Below are positions 1 to 9,977 of a stretch of 34,845 bases of DNA, one piece after another. The position numbers were made by a program, and so were the translations under genes. Origin of the DNA: Folioceros fuciformis (taxonomy: Eukaryota); contig JBNGIO010006142.1 in the NCBI GenBank assembly GCA_049999805.1, positions 1 through 34,845 on the forward strand, in the 5' to 3' direction. Under the pieces are notes generated by a model that saw only the letters and a list, made by a program, of their open reading frames with translations, ran no database searches and was not told the DNA's origin. Within the stretch, counting starts at the first letter, position 1. Each line of letters opens with the position of its first letter.

Positions 1-309
1 CATAAATCTAAGCCTTTTATATCCGAAAAGCCTCCAAATTACTTTATTCATCTTTCATCATTGTCTGACCATTTAATTAACCCTAAACCAGTTAATTAGA
101 TGAAACTAGCAAGGTAACATTATAGAAAAAATTAGATGCTTTCCTTTTCAGGTCAACAATTGACGAAAATGTAGTTCATCATGTAACAAATTTCGTTCTG
201 GCCCTCATTGGCCTTATACGAAAATGATGGAGCCAAATTTGCAACTCATTCTACAAGTTATATGATGTTCAACTAATGCAATGTTCTAAAGATACTTGCT
301 CCAAGTACC

Positions 310-485
310 TGTTGAGGGTTAGATTAACCCTGTGTTAGTTAACCTACCTAGGGCTAGTTGATCTACGTGGTTAGTTTAATGAGATTTTAATTTAAGGAAC
401 ATGTACTTTGTTATTTCATAATATATAATCATTTTTGCTTGTCTCATAGCCTAAGTCTTTCTTTACCTTCATGCTTCCGCAAACA
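310..485 (+). repeat. 5' LTR of Copia element 1
   Basis: Begins TGTTGAGG, ends CCGCAAACA, is immediately followed by the PBS, and aligns with 3215-3379 with scattered substitutions and indels. Confidence 0.9.
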
Positions 486-498
486 TGGTATCAGAGCC
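486..498 (+). promoter_or_regulatory. Primer binding site complementary to the 3' end of tRNA-iMet
   Basis: TGGTATCAGAGCC directly after the LTR end; this is the canonical plant LTR-retrotransposon PBS. Confidence 0.93.
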
Positions 499-1152
499 AT
501 GTATCTGGTGTGATTAGTTTGTCCTTGAAGTTTGGGATATTGTAATACGATGTCTTCCATTCTAGGTCTTTGGACTTTTAAAATCAATTTGTGTAGTGAT
601 ATGCATAAATAGTTGGGCCTATGTTTATTCTATTTTTGTGAGATCTAGAATGCTTCAGCAAGTGTTATAATTTATGAAACACAGTCTGACGACTAGAAGC
701 TTTTAGATCAAATGTTGGAATGGCACAGGGCAGGCAATGGTTCCCAGTGGAGCTGCTGCCACAGTCTATGATCAATGAGTTTGTATCTGAAGATTGTTTG
801 CCCAGCAGGCGAGATTAGTTTTGTAGAAATTCAAGACTGGTCACAAATTTGCGACAGCACGACCTTCCGTCGGCTACCTTTTTGGGTGGTAATTCTGCAA
901 GAGACTTATATCTGAATCACACTGCTTGTAAAGGTTGCTCTAGAGCAAAGGCGGTTGATCCTGTGTTACCTGATCTAATTGCGAGATTTGATTCCATAAT
1001 TTCCCTGTTGCGACTCGTTATGGATGGCCAATGGGTTCAGGCGTCACAGTTCNNNNNNNNNNNNNNNNNNNNNNNNNNNNNNNNNNNNNNNNNNNNNNNN
1101 NNNNNNNNNNNNNNNNNNNNNNNNNNNNNNNNNNNNNNNNNNNNNNNNNNNN

Positions 1153-2321
1153 AAGTTCTATGTGTGTGTCGCTTAAGCAGAGCACGTGCTTGGTACAAAC
1201 GGATTACAACTTTCCTCAAGAAGCATAACTTTGTTCAGTCACCAGCTGATTCAAATGTGTTTTACCTCTCTGTTGGGTCTTCATTTGTCATTCTGGCTTT
1301 CTATGTTGATAACGTCATTCTTCTTAGTGATAAGATGGCTCACATGGATCGGGTTAAATCCTTCCTTCGTTCTGAGTTCAAGATGACTGATCAAGGTCAT
1401 CTGCAGTATTGCTTGGGTGTACAGATTCTGAGAGACAGGGGGGTTACACGCTTAGTTATTCTACATCAAACAAAGTACATTAAAGAAATCCTAAAATGAT
1501 TTCATATGGATTCTGCTAGGCCTATCTCCACACCCTCTGCAACAGGGGTTAAACTTACACTGGATCAATCTCCTCAGTATGCATCCGATGAGGAGCTCAT
1601 GGCATCAGTTCCCTATGCAGAAGTTGTGGGTAGCCTTATTTTTCTATCCAGTTCGACACCGCTTGATATTAGCCAGGCAGGTAGTATAGGATTTAGGGTT
1701 TAGGGTAGTATCGTTTCATAGTTTTTGAAGAATCTTGGAAAGGCACACTAGTTAGCTGTTAAGTGAATCTATTTAAAGGGTACTTTGTTTTATGGTTTAC
1801 ATTATACTTCATGTGGCTAGGAGAAGTTTTTACTTAGAGCCTTTTAAGATGCTAACTGGGCTGCTGATTTTGATTCTCGACATAGCCTGTCTGTTTATGC
1901 CTTCCTTCTAGCATCTGTAGCATTGAGTTGATCTTGTAAGAGGCAGACATCTCTGGCTCTCTCTTCCATAGAGGCAAAGTATAAGTCTTTAACTGATGCA
2001 TGCAAGGAGTTAGATTGGGAAAGGCAATTTTTGGAAGCCATTCACTTATCTTAGACTAGTCTCACTCCACTCCACTGTGACAACATGTCCGCTATTGCCC
2101 TTGTGTCCAATCCTAGATTTCACACTCGAACAAAACACATTGAGCTTTACTACCACTATATTCGAGATGTGGTAGAGCATGACATAGCTCATGACCAGTA
2201 CATCAGTACTGATTTAAACATTGCTGATATTCTTACCAAGGGCTTGCCACAATCAAAGCACTACCAACATATGGCAACCTCGGGGCTCAAAGAGTTTTCT
2301 CTGCCCCGAGCTAAACTTTAA
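1153..2321 (+). pseudogene. Copia reverse transcriptase and RNase H remnant with multiple stops and frameshifts
   Basis: ORF pieces 1153-1499, 1506-1703 and 2085-2321 carry Copia RT/RNase H motifs. YVDD reads YVDN, and in-frame stops lie between the pieces. Confidence 0.92.
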
Positions 2322-2483
2322 GAACAATCTAAGCCTACATACTACCAGATTTGTGTGGAGTTCTGCCTATAGCCTTTATAGTTTCAAGTAGCTCGAGATG
2401 TTCTCAGGCTCCTTCTATTTAGTCTGTAATTGTTCTCCTGCACACGCACTAGTAGTTAAGATGAGCACACTCAGTGGATGAAG

Positions 2484-2927
2484 CTAAAACGGAGGATCTA
2501 AACATGGGTGTGTCCAATTCTTACCATACTCTAGTTGCTCCAGCTCTTTGATTGTATCTGTCAGCTTGTCCATGGTCAAAGGGCGATCGAAATCACAATT
2601 GTCGGGAGTCTTGGCGAGCATGTCTCTGAGTTCGAGAACTTTGGCTTGAGCGGCGTTCATGGCTTCCTTGGCTTCTTCACATTTCAGTGCCATCCTACGG
2701 AGGTGGCGTAGCAGCTCCAATTCAGCCTTTTGAAGCAATTCGATGTCAGCTGGAGTTGCCCTATTTTTCACTGATTGAGCTTCTGTTGCTGAGGAGCGTT
2801 ATTGCATCTTCCCTTCCTTGGAGCTTGTTGCAGGCTCTATTGTGATGCAACTTTCCTTTGGTTGTGTTGGTGGTGGCCTCCATCCTCTCTAGCTCCACAT
2901 TTGGTCATTGGGGTGTGTGCGGGCCAT
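2484..2927 (-). pseudogene. Decayed antisense extra ORF (148 codons) in the Copia 3' internal region
   Basis: ATG at 2927 (MARTHPNDQMWS) is in frame with the 95-aa ORF 2484-2771. Only two internal stops (2889-2891, 2799-2801). The C-terminal part is helical/coiled-coil-like. Confidence 0.55.
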
Positions 2928-3214
2928 CTTCCTCTCAACAGAAATTGTGATCAAGAGCACTATTGCAGCAAGGCCGATGACAAGCAAATTTAAGATCTCA
3001 AGATTGGTAGGTTCCATTTAGAACTCTCCAAAGTTTAGACCGTTGGCACGAGTTTTCGTGAGTGAGTGTGTTCCAGGCCTTATGAGGGCACACGTGAGAA
3101 TGTGCTCATGGTCCTTAGTTGTTGGAGTGGGATTTGTTTGGTGCTTCAGTCATAACTTGTGCACGTTCTATATGTGTTTCTATTAATAGCTATCCCTGGT
3201 AGGTTAAGAGGGAC

Positions 3215-3379
3215 TGTTAAGGAACCCTAGATTAGTTAACCTACCTAGGGTTAGTTGATCTACGTGGTTAGTTTAATGAGTTTTAGATTTAAGGAACATG
3301 CACTTTGTTATTTCATAATATAATCATTTTTTCCTGTCTCATGGCCTAGCCTCTCTTTACCTTCATGCTTCCGCAAACA
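3215..3379 (+). repeat. 3' LTR of Copia element 1, preceded by polypurine tract AAGAGGGA
   Basis: TGTTAAGG...CCGCAAACA, homologous to 310-485. Confidence 0.92.
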
Positions 3380-4707
3380 AGCAAAGATTGCTTGGTTGTT
3401 GCCATCTTTGGGTGCTAGCCTTGGTTGCATGAAAACACCAATTTTCCCAAACAAGCAAGGCATGATTTTTTAGTAAGTACTTGTTTCAAAAACTAGTGCT
3501 ATGTCAGGAAACTAGGGTTTGTTAAAGAAATTATGGCAAGTTTGAGAAACTAGAGGTTATTTGGGAAACTAGAGCTTGTGTGCAAAACAAGTTTAACTTG
3601 GGGAAAGTTTGAATCTAATCAATTGTACTTCACTCCCTATTGTAATAAGTATTGAAATTTAATAAATTTATTATTAAAAATAAAACTTTAAAATATATAA
3701 ATATAAATATTAAGCAATTTTTAAAATAATAATAATTTCAATGTAGCCTTGTTAAATCAGCCCTCAAGGTATAGCATTATTAAAATAAAAATATGTCATA
3801 ATTACTGGATAGAGATTTGATAAAAAAACCCTGTTCATATATCTATAACCTTTGCATATATATATAAAGGGGTCCTAAAAAATGTTGATAAATTTCTCTC
3901 CCAAGGAAAAGGAAAACACAGCGTTCTAAATGCTCTCAATGTACTGAATCGCTTTCCTAATACCCATTTATATTGAGGCTTACTTTCGTGGATAAATTCC
4001 TTGTTCCGTAGAACTACGACCCACGACTTGTTTTGGGAGAGATTATGACTTTTAAAGTCTCGTGAATTCACTCACCCACATAGAACCAAAGGGTTTACTT
4101 CTTTGTAGCTTCTTAGATGGATACACTCAACGTCGACACAGAAGCGGTATCGGCAGATACGAATCTCATGCAGAGGTGTCCAATGCGGTGACTAGGAGCA
4201 CATGGTAAAATGAGATTACGAATCCACAACTGCGTTTCTTAACACGGCAGAGTACGCGGGAGTAATGCATATTTTACCCCAATGACATTATCGGGAGGTC
4301 CACCTTGAGAACATTGCAAGCGACGATCGACCTCAGCCCTTTTGACGAACGGCGTGGAATGAATGTCAGTTGAAGGGTTTCCAAAACCCAACAGTACCTG
4401 CGGCACAAAAAGCCCTGAAATGCATCAATACAAAAGTACCAACACGATCAATCATGCTTTGCCCAACAAGATAAAAGCAATTTCTCGTCTCTCAACCAAA
4501 TTAGACAAACAAATACAGAACGACCGGTCACACGCATTCAAAACTTACTTTCTGAAACTCAAATCGTGTACCGTGAAGCTAACAGCTGGTTCCAGCTGTG
4601 AAACTTGGTTCAGGGACTTATGGGCTGCTCGCAGAACCTGGAACTACTTTTGGCGGTATATGGAGTCACTCCGCATCGCTGACACAGTATACAACCAAAG
4701 AATCTAC

Positions 4708-7700
4708 TCATCCACGCCTCTTGCTCAGACGCCAAGAATTTGGTTCATGGTACCGATCGTAGAGGGGTTCAATCCTCTCCTGCCGTTTCCGTTTACTGAG
4801 TTTTGTTGGATCTGCCACTTTGAAGAACCTTGGTGCCAGTTCCACTAACCACTTGGGGTCCACTAGAGTCACTTCCCGCATATACTCCTTTGTTGTCATT
4901 ACCAGTTCATGATAGATGACCCAATCAGGTTGCCTCTGGAAGAGAGCACTGCTAGGATGAATGTAGACAGGCTGGTTCTCAACTAAGGTGCGATAGCCTT
5001 CTTGAGGATCCTTGCGAGCTGCGTGGAAAAAGAACCCTGCACATATTGCTTTCCTAATTCGGGTGAAATTTTTACCTGCACTGACCACATCCAATTTGTA
5101 CCTGTCCATAATGGCCAGAAGCTGCTTCCTGACGTCTTGCGCTCTTCTCAGGGAGCGACTTTGCACAAAATTCTCAAAACACCATGGGCCTGAGAAATTC
5201 TTTGCTTTCCAGGCCTCATACACAGCCAAAAGCGTAAGATGGTCACCCTCTGGCTGGAAAAATTTTGCTCTCTTTTGGTCAGCTTGGGCCTGCTTCTCTC
5301 GAGGGCGATAAAATATGTTTTGGGCTTGCACCATGGAGATGATTGTAAGAATCTCATCACTGCAGCCAAGATCAACACTTGCAAGAAGCATTTTTGACAG
5401 AGGTGGGTCCAAAGGAAATTCTGCCATCTTTCTTCCCAACTTCGTCAGCAATCCCTCCTCATCAAGTGCACCTAGGCTGTAGAGCTGCTCCATTGCAGAA
5501 ATAAGAGCCTGAGGTGGAGGGGGATCCATAAAGTCAAATGAAAGCAGGTCATTGATACCCATGGCCTTCATGGTCAAAGTTGTGAGACCCAGATTGATCC
5601 TTTGTATCTCCGGCACTGTTGTTGGCAACATCTCATTCCGATAAGCACTCTCCGTGTACAGTCTATAGCATTTTCCAGGTCCTGTTCGACCAGCCCTACC
5701 GGCGCGTTGCCTTGCCGATGCCTGTGAGATGGGTGTGATGACCAGAGATTCCAGACCAAGTTTTGGGTTGTACACATTCTGCTTGGAAAAACCAGGATCC
5801 ACAACATAATATATGCCATCAATTGTGAGAGAAGCTTCTGCGATGTTTGTGGCAACCACAACTTTCCTGGTACCCACTGGTGGAGGCTCAAAGATTCTGG
5901 TCTGCATTTCACTAGGCAGGGCACTGTAGACAGGAAGAATGATGAGTTCAGGCACACTTGGACCCAATCCCTTCATCCGCTCATAGAGAATCTGACAAGC
6001 TGTGTCTATTTCCTCTTGTCCAGTCAGGAACAGAAGAACATCCCCTTCTGGCTCAGTGAGATGGATCTGCATGACTGTGATCAGTGCTGCATCCAGGTAG
6101 TCACTTTCAGGTTGCTTTGTATACAGAATCTCGACAGGGAACGTCCTGCCGGGTATGGTGAAAATTGGGCAATTGAAGAAGTAGCCAGAAAACTTCTCAG
6201 CATCAAGAGTAGCAGATGTCACAATAAGACGCATAGCAGGCCTCCGCTTCACTAGGCCTTTCAGAAGGCCAAATAAGACGTCTGTGTGTATTGTCCTCTC
6301 GTGGGCCTCATCAAGCATAATAACCGAGTAATTACTAAGGTTCTCATCTAGTAGAATCTCCCTCAGAAGCATACCATCAGTCATGTATTTGATTATAGTT
6401 TCAGGCCCAGTGCAATCCTCAAAACGGATGGTATAACCAACCTCCTCTCCAAGGCGGCAACCATACTCTTCAGCCACACGCTTCGCCACAGACATGGCAG
6501 CAACTCGTCGTGGCTGTGTGCATCCAATCTTTCCTTTGAAAGTGTAACCCGCTTCAGCCAGATACTGTGTCATCTGAGTAGTTTTCCCTGAACCAGTCTC
6601 GCCAATAACTACCAAGACCTGATTTTCCGCTACAGCCTGTATCAACTCATTCTTCAGTTTGTAGATTGGAAGACTTTGCCTCTGCTCCTGCATTGATAGT
6701 TTAGACCGTTGTCCAAATGTAGGTGCTTTACCAAAAGCATCCTTCTTCCACTCTGGCATATCATAAGCTGATAGACCGACCCCCCGAAGCTCTTGGGCAA
6801 GATGGCGCTCTCCAGTCTCCGGCATTGGATCCTCCCAAGGTCTGTTCAGATCCTTAGGAATGGAGTCTAACATAGTTCTCTGTTGCTGCTCTCTCAGCTC
6901 ACGCCTCTCCTTTGCCAAGGCGGACTGAGTCATTGCTGCTCGCTGCAAAGAGCCATCAGGATTCTTTACTATCTTCACAGGAGAAACATCAATGGAGTAG
7001 CGTGTCTGGCCCCTAAGAAATGCAGGCTCGTCTTCATTGAGCTCAATCTCCAGCTCCTCCTCTGCACCCTCATCCTGATAAAGCAGACCTCCACCATCCT
7101 CATCATACATGGGATAGTCTCTCACATCAAGGACCCCCGATGCAATCAGCTGCTTGGCTTCCCACCTCTCCGGAGAACTCATCCTTTTGAGTGGCCTTCT
7201 GCTGGACGACTGATCATCCTCATCAACAATCGAGATTCCGGAAAGGCCTGCCCTTTGCCTCTGCGCTTGATTGACACTTGAGGGGTTTGTTCGATAGTCT
7301 TCATCAGAAGAGGCTTTCTTCATCGGCAACAGATCTTCTCCCGTTTTCTGATCTACGTCCCTCATAGAGAGGCTCATCTTCTGACGAGCTAGAGATATCA
7401 CCTTCACCCACACCTCTTGGTCCCTCTCAACCGCGTCTTTGGCATTCACCACCCGCCTGGATGCGATCGCAGAAACATGCACTAGTCCTTCCCTGCGATC
7501 CCGCAAACCAAGAAGCTGCACAAAACAACCGAAGTCCATAATCCGGGACACCCTCCCCCTGTAGATGCCAAATAGTTCTGGTTCGTCTTGCAAAGGTTTG
7601 GTGGGTGCAGCTGGAGGAGGGCGACCATCTCGCCTATCATCGTCCCTCCTCACCATCTGCCCATCACCTCTGCTCCGATCTTCACCCCTCTCCGAATCCC

Positions 7701-8442
7701 TGAACCTATCCCTATCCCTCTCTCTTCCTCTATCATCGTCCCGCCTGTGTTCTCGACTTGACCTATGTGAATCACGTTCCCCGTCCCGGCCCCTGTTCCT
7801 TCTAGATTCCGTATCCTCATCCTCCCTACGTCGGTCGCCCCGGTGCCTGTCATCAGACCGGTCCCCATCCCTCCGCCTCTCTCCATATCTCTCCTCATGC
7901 CTGTGGGCTCTGGCATCCCCCCTATCCCTACCCCTATCTTCCCCGGCCTGCCCTTCCCTCCCATTGGCTCTGTCAACCTCCCTGTCTCGATGCTTGTCTT
8001 TCTTCCGATCCTTGTGCCTACCCTCTTCCTCTTCCTCCTCCTCCTCTGTTGCTGCTGCCCCCTCCCTGTCTGTACCCAATCCTAACTCCTTCTCCATCTC
8101 CTTTACCCGCTGCTTGTTGTCGGGCACAGACAAGCCAGGAAATGCACTTTTCTTGTCTTCCTTGTCTCCAGCAATGCCCTTGAGCTTCTCTCTCTCGGCT
8201 TTGGTCATGGGAGGCAGAATAGCTTGGATGATGGTTAGCAACGTCTTAACGAAGTATTCGGGCAACTCTGCTCCATTGGCTTTAAGGGCCTTGGCAAACA
8301 GCTCCACCGTCTCATTCTTCTGGGCCAAATCTATGATGAACTCCGCCAGGGTCTTGTCGCCGCACCCAATGTGCACTTCCAGTTCCGAGCAAACTTTGGA
8401 CACCAACGAGAGGTACTCGAGGTTCCTCAGTCCGTCGTCCAT
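4708..8442 (-). CDS. PRP22: Pre-mRNA splicing factor ATP-dependent DEAH-box RNA helicase PRP22/DHX8, intronless, 1244 aa
   Basis: N-terminal [18 protein letters not shown]-rich region, S1 domain, [31 protein letters not shown] and C-terminal [20 protein letters not shown]. The first ATG is at 8442; the ORF-track start at 8463 is GTG. Confidence 0.98.
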   Translation of the reverse strand: MDDGLRNLEYLSLVSKVCSELEVHIGCGDKTLAEFIIDLAQKNETVELFAKALKANGAELPEYFVKTLLTIIQAILPPMTKAEREKLKGIAGDKEDKKSAFPGLSVPDNKQRVKEMEKELGLGTDREGAAATEEEEEEEEGRHKDRKKDKHRDREVDRANGREGQAGEDRGRDRGDARAHRHEERYGERRRDGDRSDDRHRGDRRREDEDTESRRNRGRDGERDSHRSSREHRRDDDRGRERDRDRFRDSERGEDRSRGDGQMVRRDDDRRDGRPPPAAPTKPLQDEPELFGIYRGRVSRIMDFGCFVQLLGLRDRREGLVHVSAIASRRVVNAKDAVERDQEVWVKVISLARQKMSLSMRDVDQKTGEDLLPMKKASSDEDYRTNPSSVNQAQRQRAGLSGISIVDEDDQSSSRRPLKRMSSPERWEAKQLIASGVLDVRDYPMYDEDGGGLLYQDEGAEEELEIELNEDEPAFLRGQTRYSIDVSPVKIVKNPDGSLQRAAMTQSALAKERRELREQQQRTMLDSIPKDLNRPWEDPMPETGERHLAQELRGVGLSAYDMPEWKKDAFGKAPTFGQRSKLSMQEQRQSLPIYKLKNELIQAVAENQVLVVIGETGSGKTTQMTQYLAEAGYTFKGKIGCTQPRRVAAMSVAKRVAEEYGCRLGEEVGYTIRFEDCTGPETIIKYMTDGMLLREILLDENLSNYSVIMLDEAHERTIHTDVLFGLLKGLVKRRPAMRLIVTSATLDAEKFSGYFFNCPIFTIPGRTFPVEILYTKQPESDYLDAALITVMQIHLTEPEGDVLLFLTGQEEIDTACQILYERMKGLGPSVPELIILPVYSALPSEMQTRIFEPPPVGTRKVVVATNIAEASLTIDGIYYVVDPGFSKQNVYNPKLGLESLVITPISQASARQRAGRAGRTGPGKCYRLYTESAYRNEMLPTTVPEIQRINLGLTTLTMKAMGINDLLSFDFMDPPPPQALISAMEQLYSLGALDEEGLLTKLGRKMAEFPLDPPLSKMLLASVDLGCSDEILTIISMVQAQNIFYRPREKQAQADQKRAKFFQPEGDHLTLLAVYEAWKAKNFSGPWCFENFVQSRSLRRAQDVRKQLLAIMDRYKLDVVSAGKNFTRIRKAICAGFFFHAARKDPQEGYRTLVENQPVYIHPSSALFQRQPDWVIYHELVMTTKEYMREVTLVDPKWLVELAPRFFKVADPTKLSKRKRQERIEPLYDRYHEPNSWRLSKRRG

Positions 8443-8697
8443 GGCTGCAGTCTGCCTCGCCACCTCAAGACTGTTGCCAGCCCTTTCAACGTTACTCTAG
8501 GTCGGGGTCCCGTCACGGACTTACAATCGACACCGTTCGACTTGGAACGCCATATACATATATATAGTGGAAGCACCTAATTCAGTTGGAGCAGCTCACT
8601 CGGTACGTAAGAACCAGAGTAATCGCGACCAGTGGTCGCGGGCACTGGTGTCCAAACCTGCTTGTGTGCTCGCTTGCTATCAAGGGCATGCATTGCC

Positions 8698-8780
8698 TTT
8701 GCTCCGCTTCTGCTCTCGTGCTATCACGCCAGGGGGATGAGCTTTGTTTGCTCCGCTTCTGCTCCTGTGCTATCACGCCA
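8698..8780. repeat. Near-identical 34-bp direct repeat pair upstream of PRP22
   Basis: TTTGCTCCGCTTCTGCTC(TC/CT)GTGCTATCACGCCA at 8698-8731 and 8747-8780. Confidence 0.8.
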
Positions 8781-9182
8781 CATAGCTTCGTGCAACTTTG
8801 TTTTTTTTTTCTATGTGCTTGCCAATACCATTTCTTCTTTCAACCTTCAGCTTCATACATAGCCATATTTCGGAGAGCAAAGCCCCTTGTAGCCCCAAAC
8901 GCACGAAGGACATTCTAATGGAGAATAGGCTCAAATGTGTGTGTTTAATATATAATTTGAGGTAGGTATATTAAGGATAAAAAACTGGAATTAAGATGAG
9001 AATAAAAAACCTCACGGCACGCAAGATTAGTTAAGAGCAAAAGGTGTCCTAAAAACCTTAGGGAACTCAAGAGCCAAAAGAAAATCTCTAAATGGGAACT
9101 TAAAAAAAAACTCAAGGCATGCCAATAAAAAAGCATTTGAGAATAAAGAGAACAAAGTCCACTCAAATATCCTCCTTCATGC

Positions 9183-9272
9183 ATACAGTTATGATAACTT
9201 AGCCCAAATGTCATAAATGGGGTAGAGATACAGTTATGATAACTTAGCCCAAATGTCATAAATGGGGTAGAG
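9183..9272. repeat. Perfect 45-bp tandem duplication
   Basis: ATACAGTTATGATAACTTAGCCCAAATGTCATAAATGGGGTAGAG twice (9183-9227, 9228-9272). Confidence 0.92.
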
Positions 9273-9637
9273 GTGATTAAGAACTCTTGCACATACAACT
9301 AAGAAGAAAAGAATTTTACTTAAGTCCAAAAAGGATGGAGAATGTTTTCATCATTGGACTTGGTAAATAATAACTAACACCTACTTACACCAAGTACCAA
9401 GTGCACCAAGTCTACAAACTAATTTATCACAATGTCACCCTTGTAGGGTCTAATTATGCAATCGCCAATAATTTTGGGAAAGTTTATATAGTTATACATC
9501 AAAGTGTTCAACCAAGCCCTACATAAGCAATTCAGGACAGTAAGTGTGTGGCACACTAACGAGACTGTTTAAAAAGAATCAAAGTATTTATATATAAACT
9601 CGCACAAGACATTTATAATGTCATAGTAGACGTTGAA

Positions 9638-9701
9638 ACCTTGGAAGGGATTTCATTATAAGTGCCCATACCTTGGAAGGGATTTCATTATAAGTGCCCA
9701 T
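9638..9701. repeat. Perfect 32-bp tandem duplication
   Basis: ACCTTGGAAGGGATTTCATTATAAGTGCCCAT twice (9638-9669, 9670-9701). Confidence 0.92.
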
Positions 9702-9977
9702 ACACCGAGAAGGTGCTCATTCAAGCAGGCTCATTTGACCTTGAAACAAAACGAATGGACGTTGAGATGTTTTGAAACAAAAAGAGTGACACTAGTAGTT
9801 ATGGCGCTATTCCTTGGAAGGAAACTGCACTGTAACAAGATGAAAATTAAACCATGTTAAGTAGTTGATTTTTGGCCCCCAGAAATTACCATCATCGCCA
9901 TCGAGGAATGTGTCTGCGGCCAAATGTTGCGCAAGTTTTCCCTTGTTTGTTCAAGGAGATACCTGCTTCGGCCTTCC

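Larger units (their letters stand above)
310..3379 (+). mobile_element. Decayed Ty1/Copia LTR retrotransposon with both LTRs; internal part interrupted by an assembly gap
   Basis: Paired TG...CA LTRs (310-485, 3215-3379). PBS TGGTATCAGAGCC at 486-498 and purine tract before the 3' LTR. Copia RT motifs (ARAWY, FYVDN, EFKMTDQG..YCLG) and RNase H motifs (AIALVSNPRFHTRTKHIE, ADILTKGL). Flanks GTACC and AGCAA do not form a TSD. Confidence 0.93.

Noticed and set aside
849..1499. 216-aa ORF as a single protein
   Set aside because: It spans a 100-N gap, so the frame continuity is artificial.
4363..4848. 161-aa plus-strand ORF overlapping the PRP22 3' end
   Set aside because: No recognisable motif; it overlaps the PRP22 C-terminus and 3' UTR on the opposite strand.
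7565..8500. 311-aa Ser/Leu-rich plus-strand ORF
   Set aside because: Antisense shadow of the low-complexity RD/RE region of PRP22.
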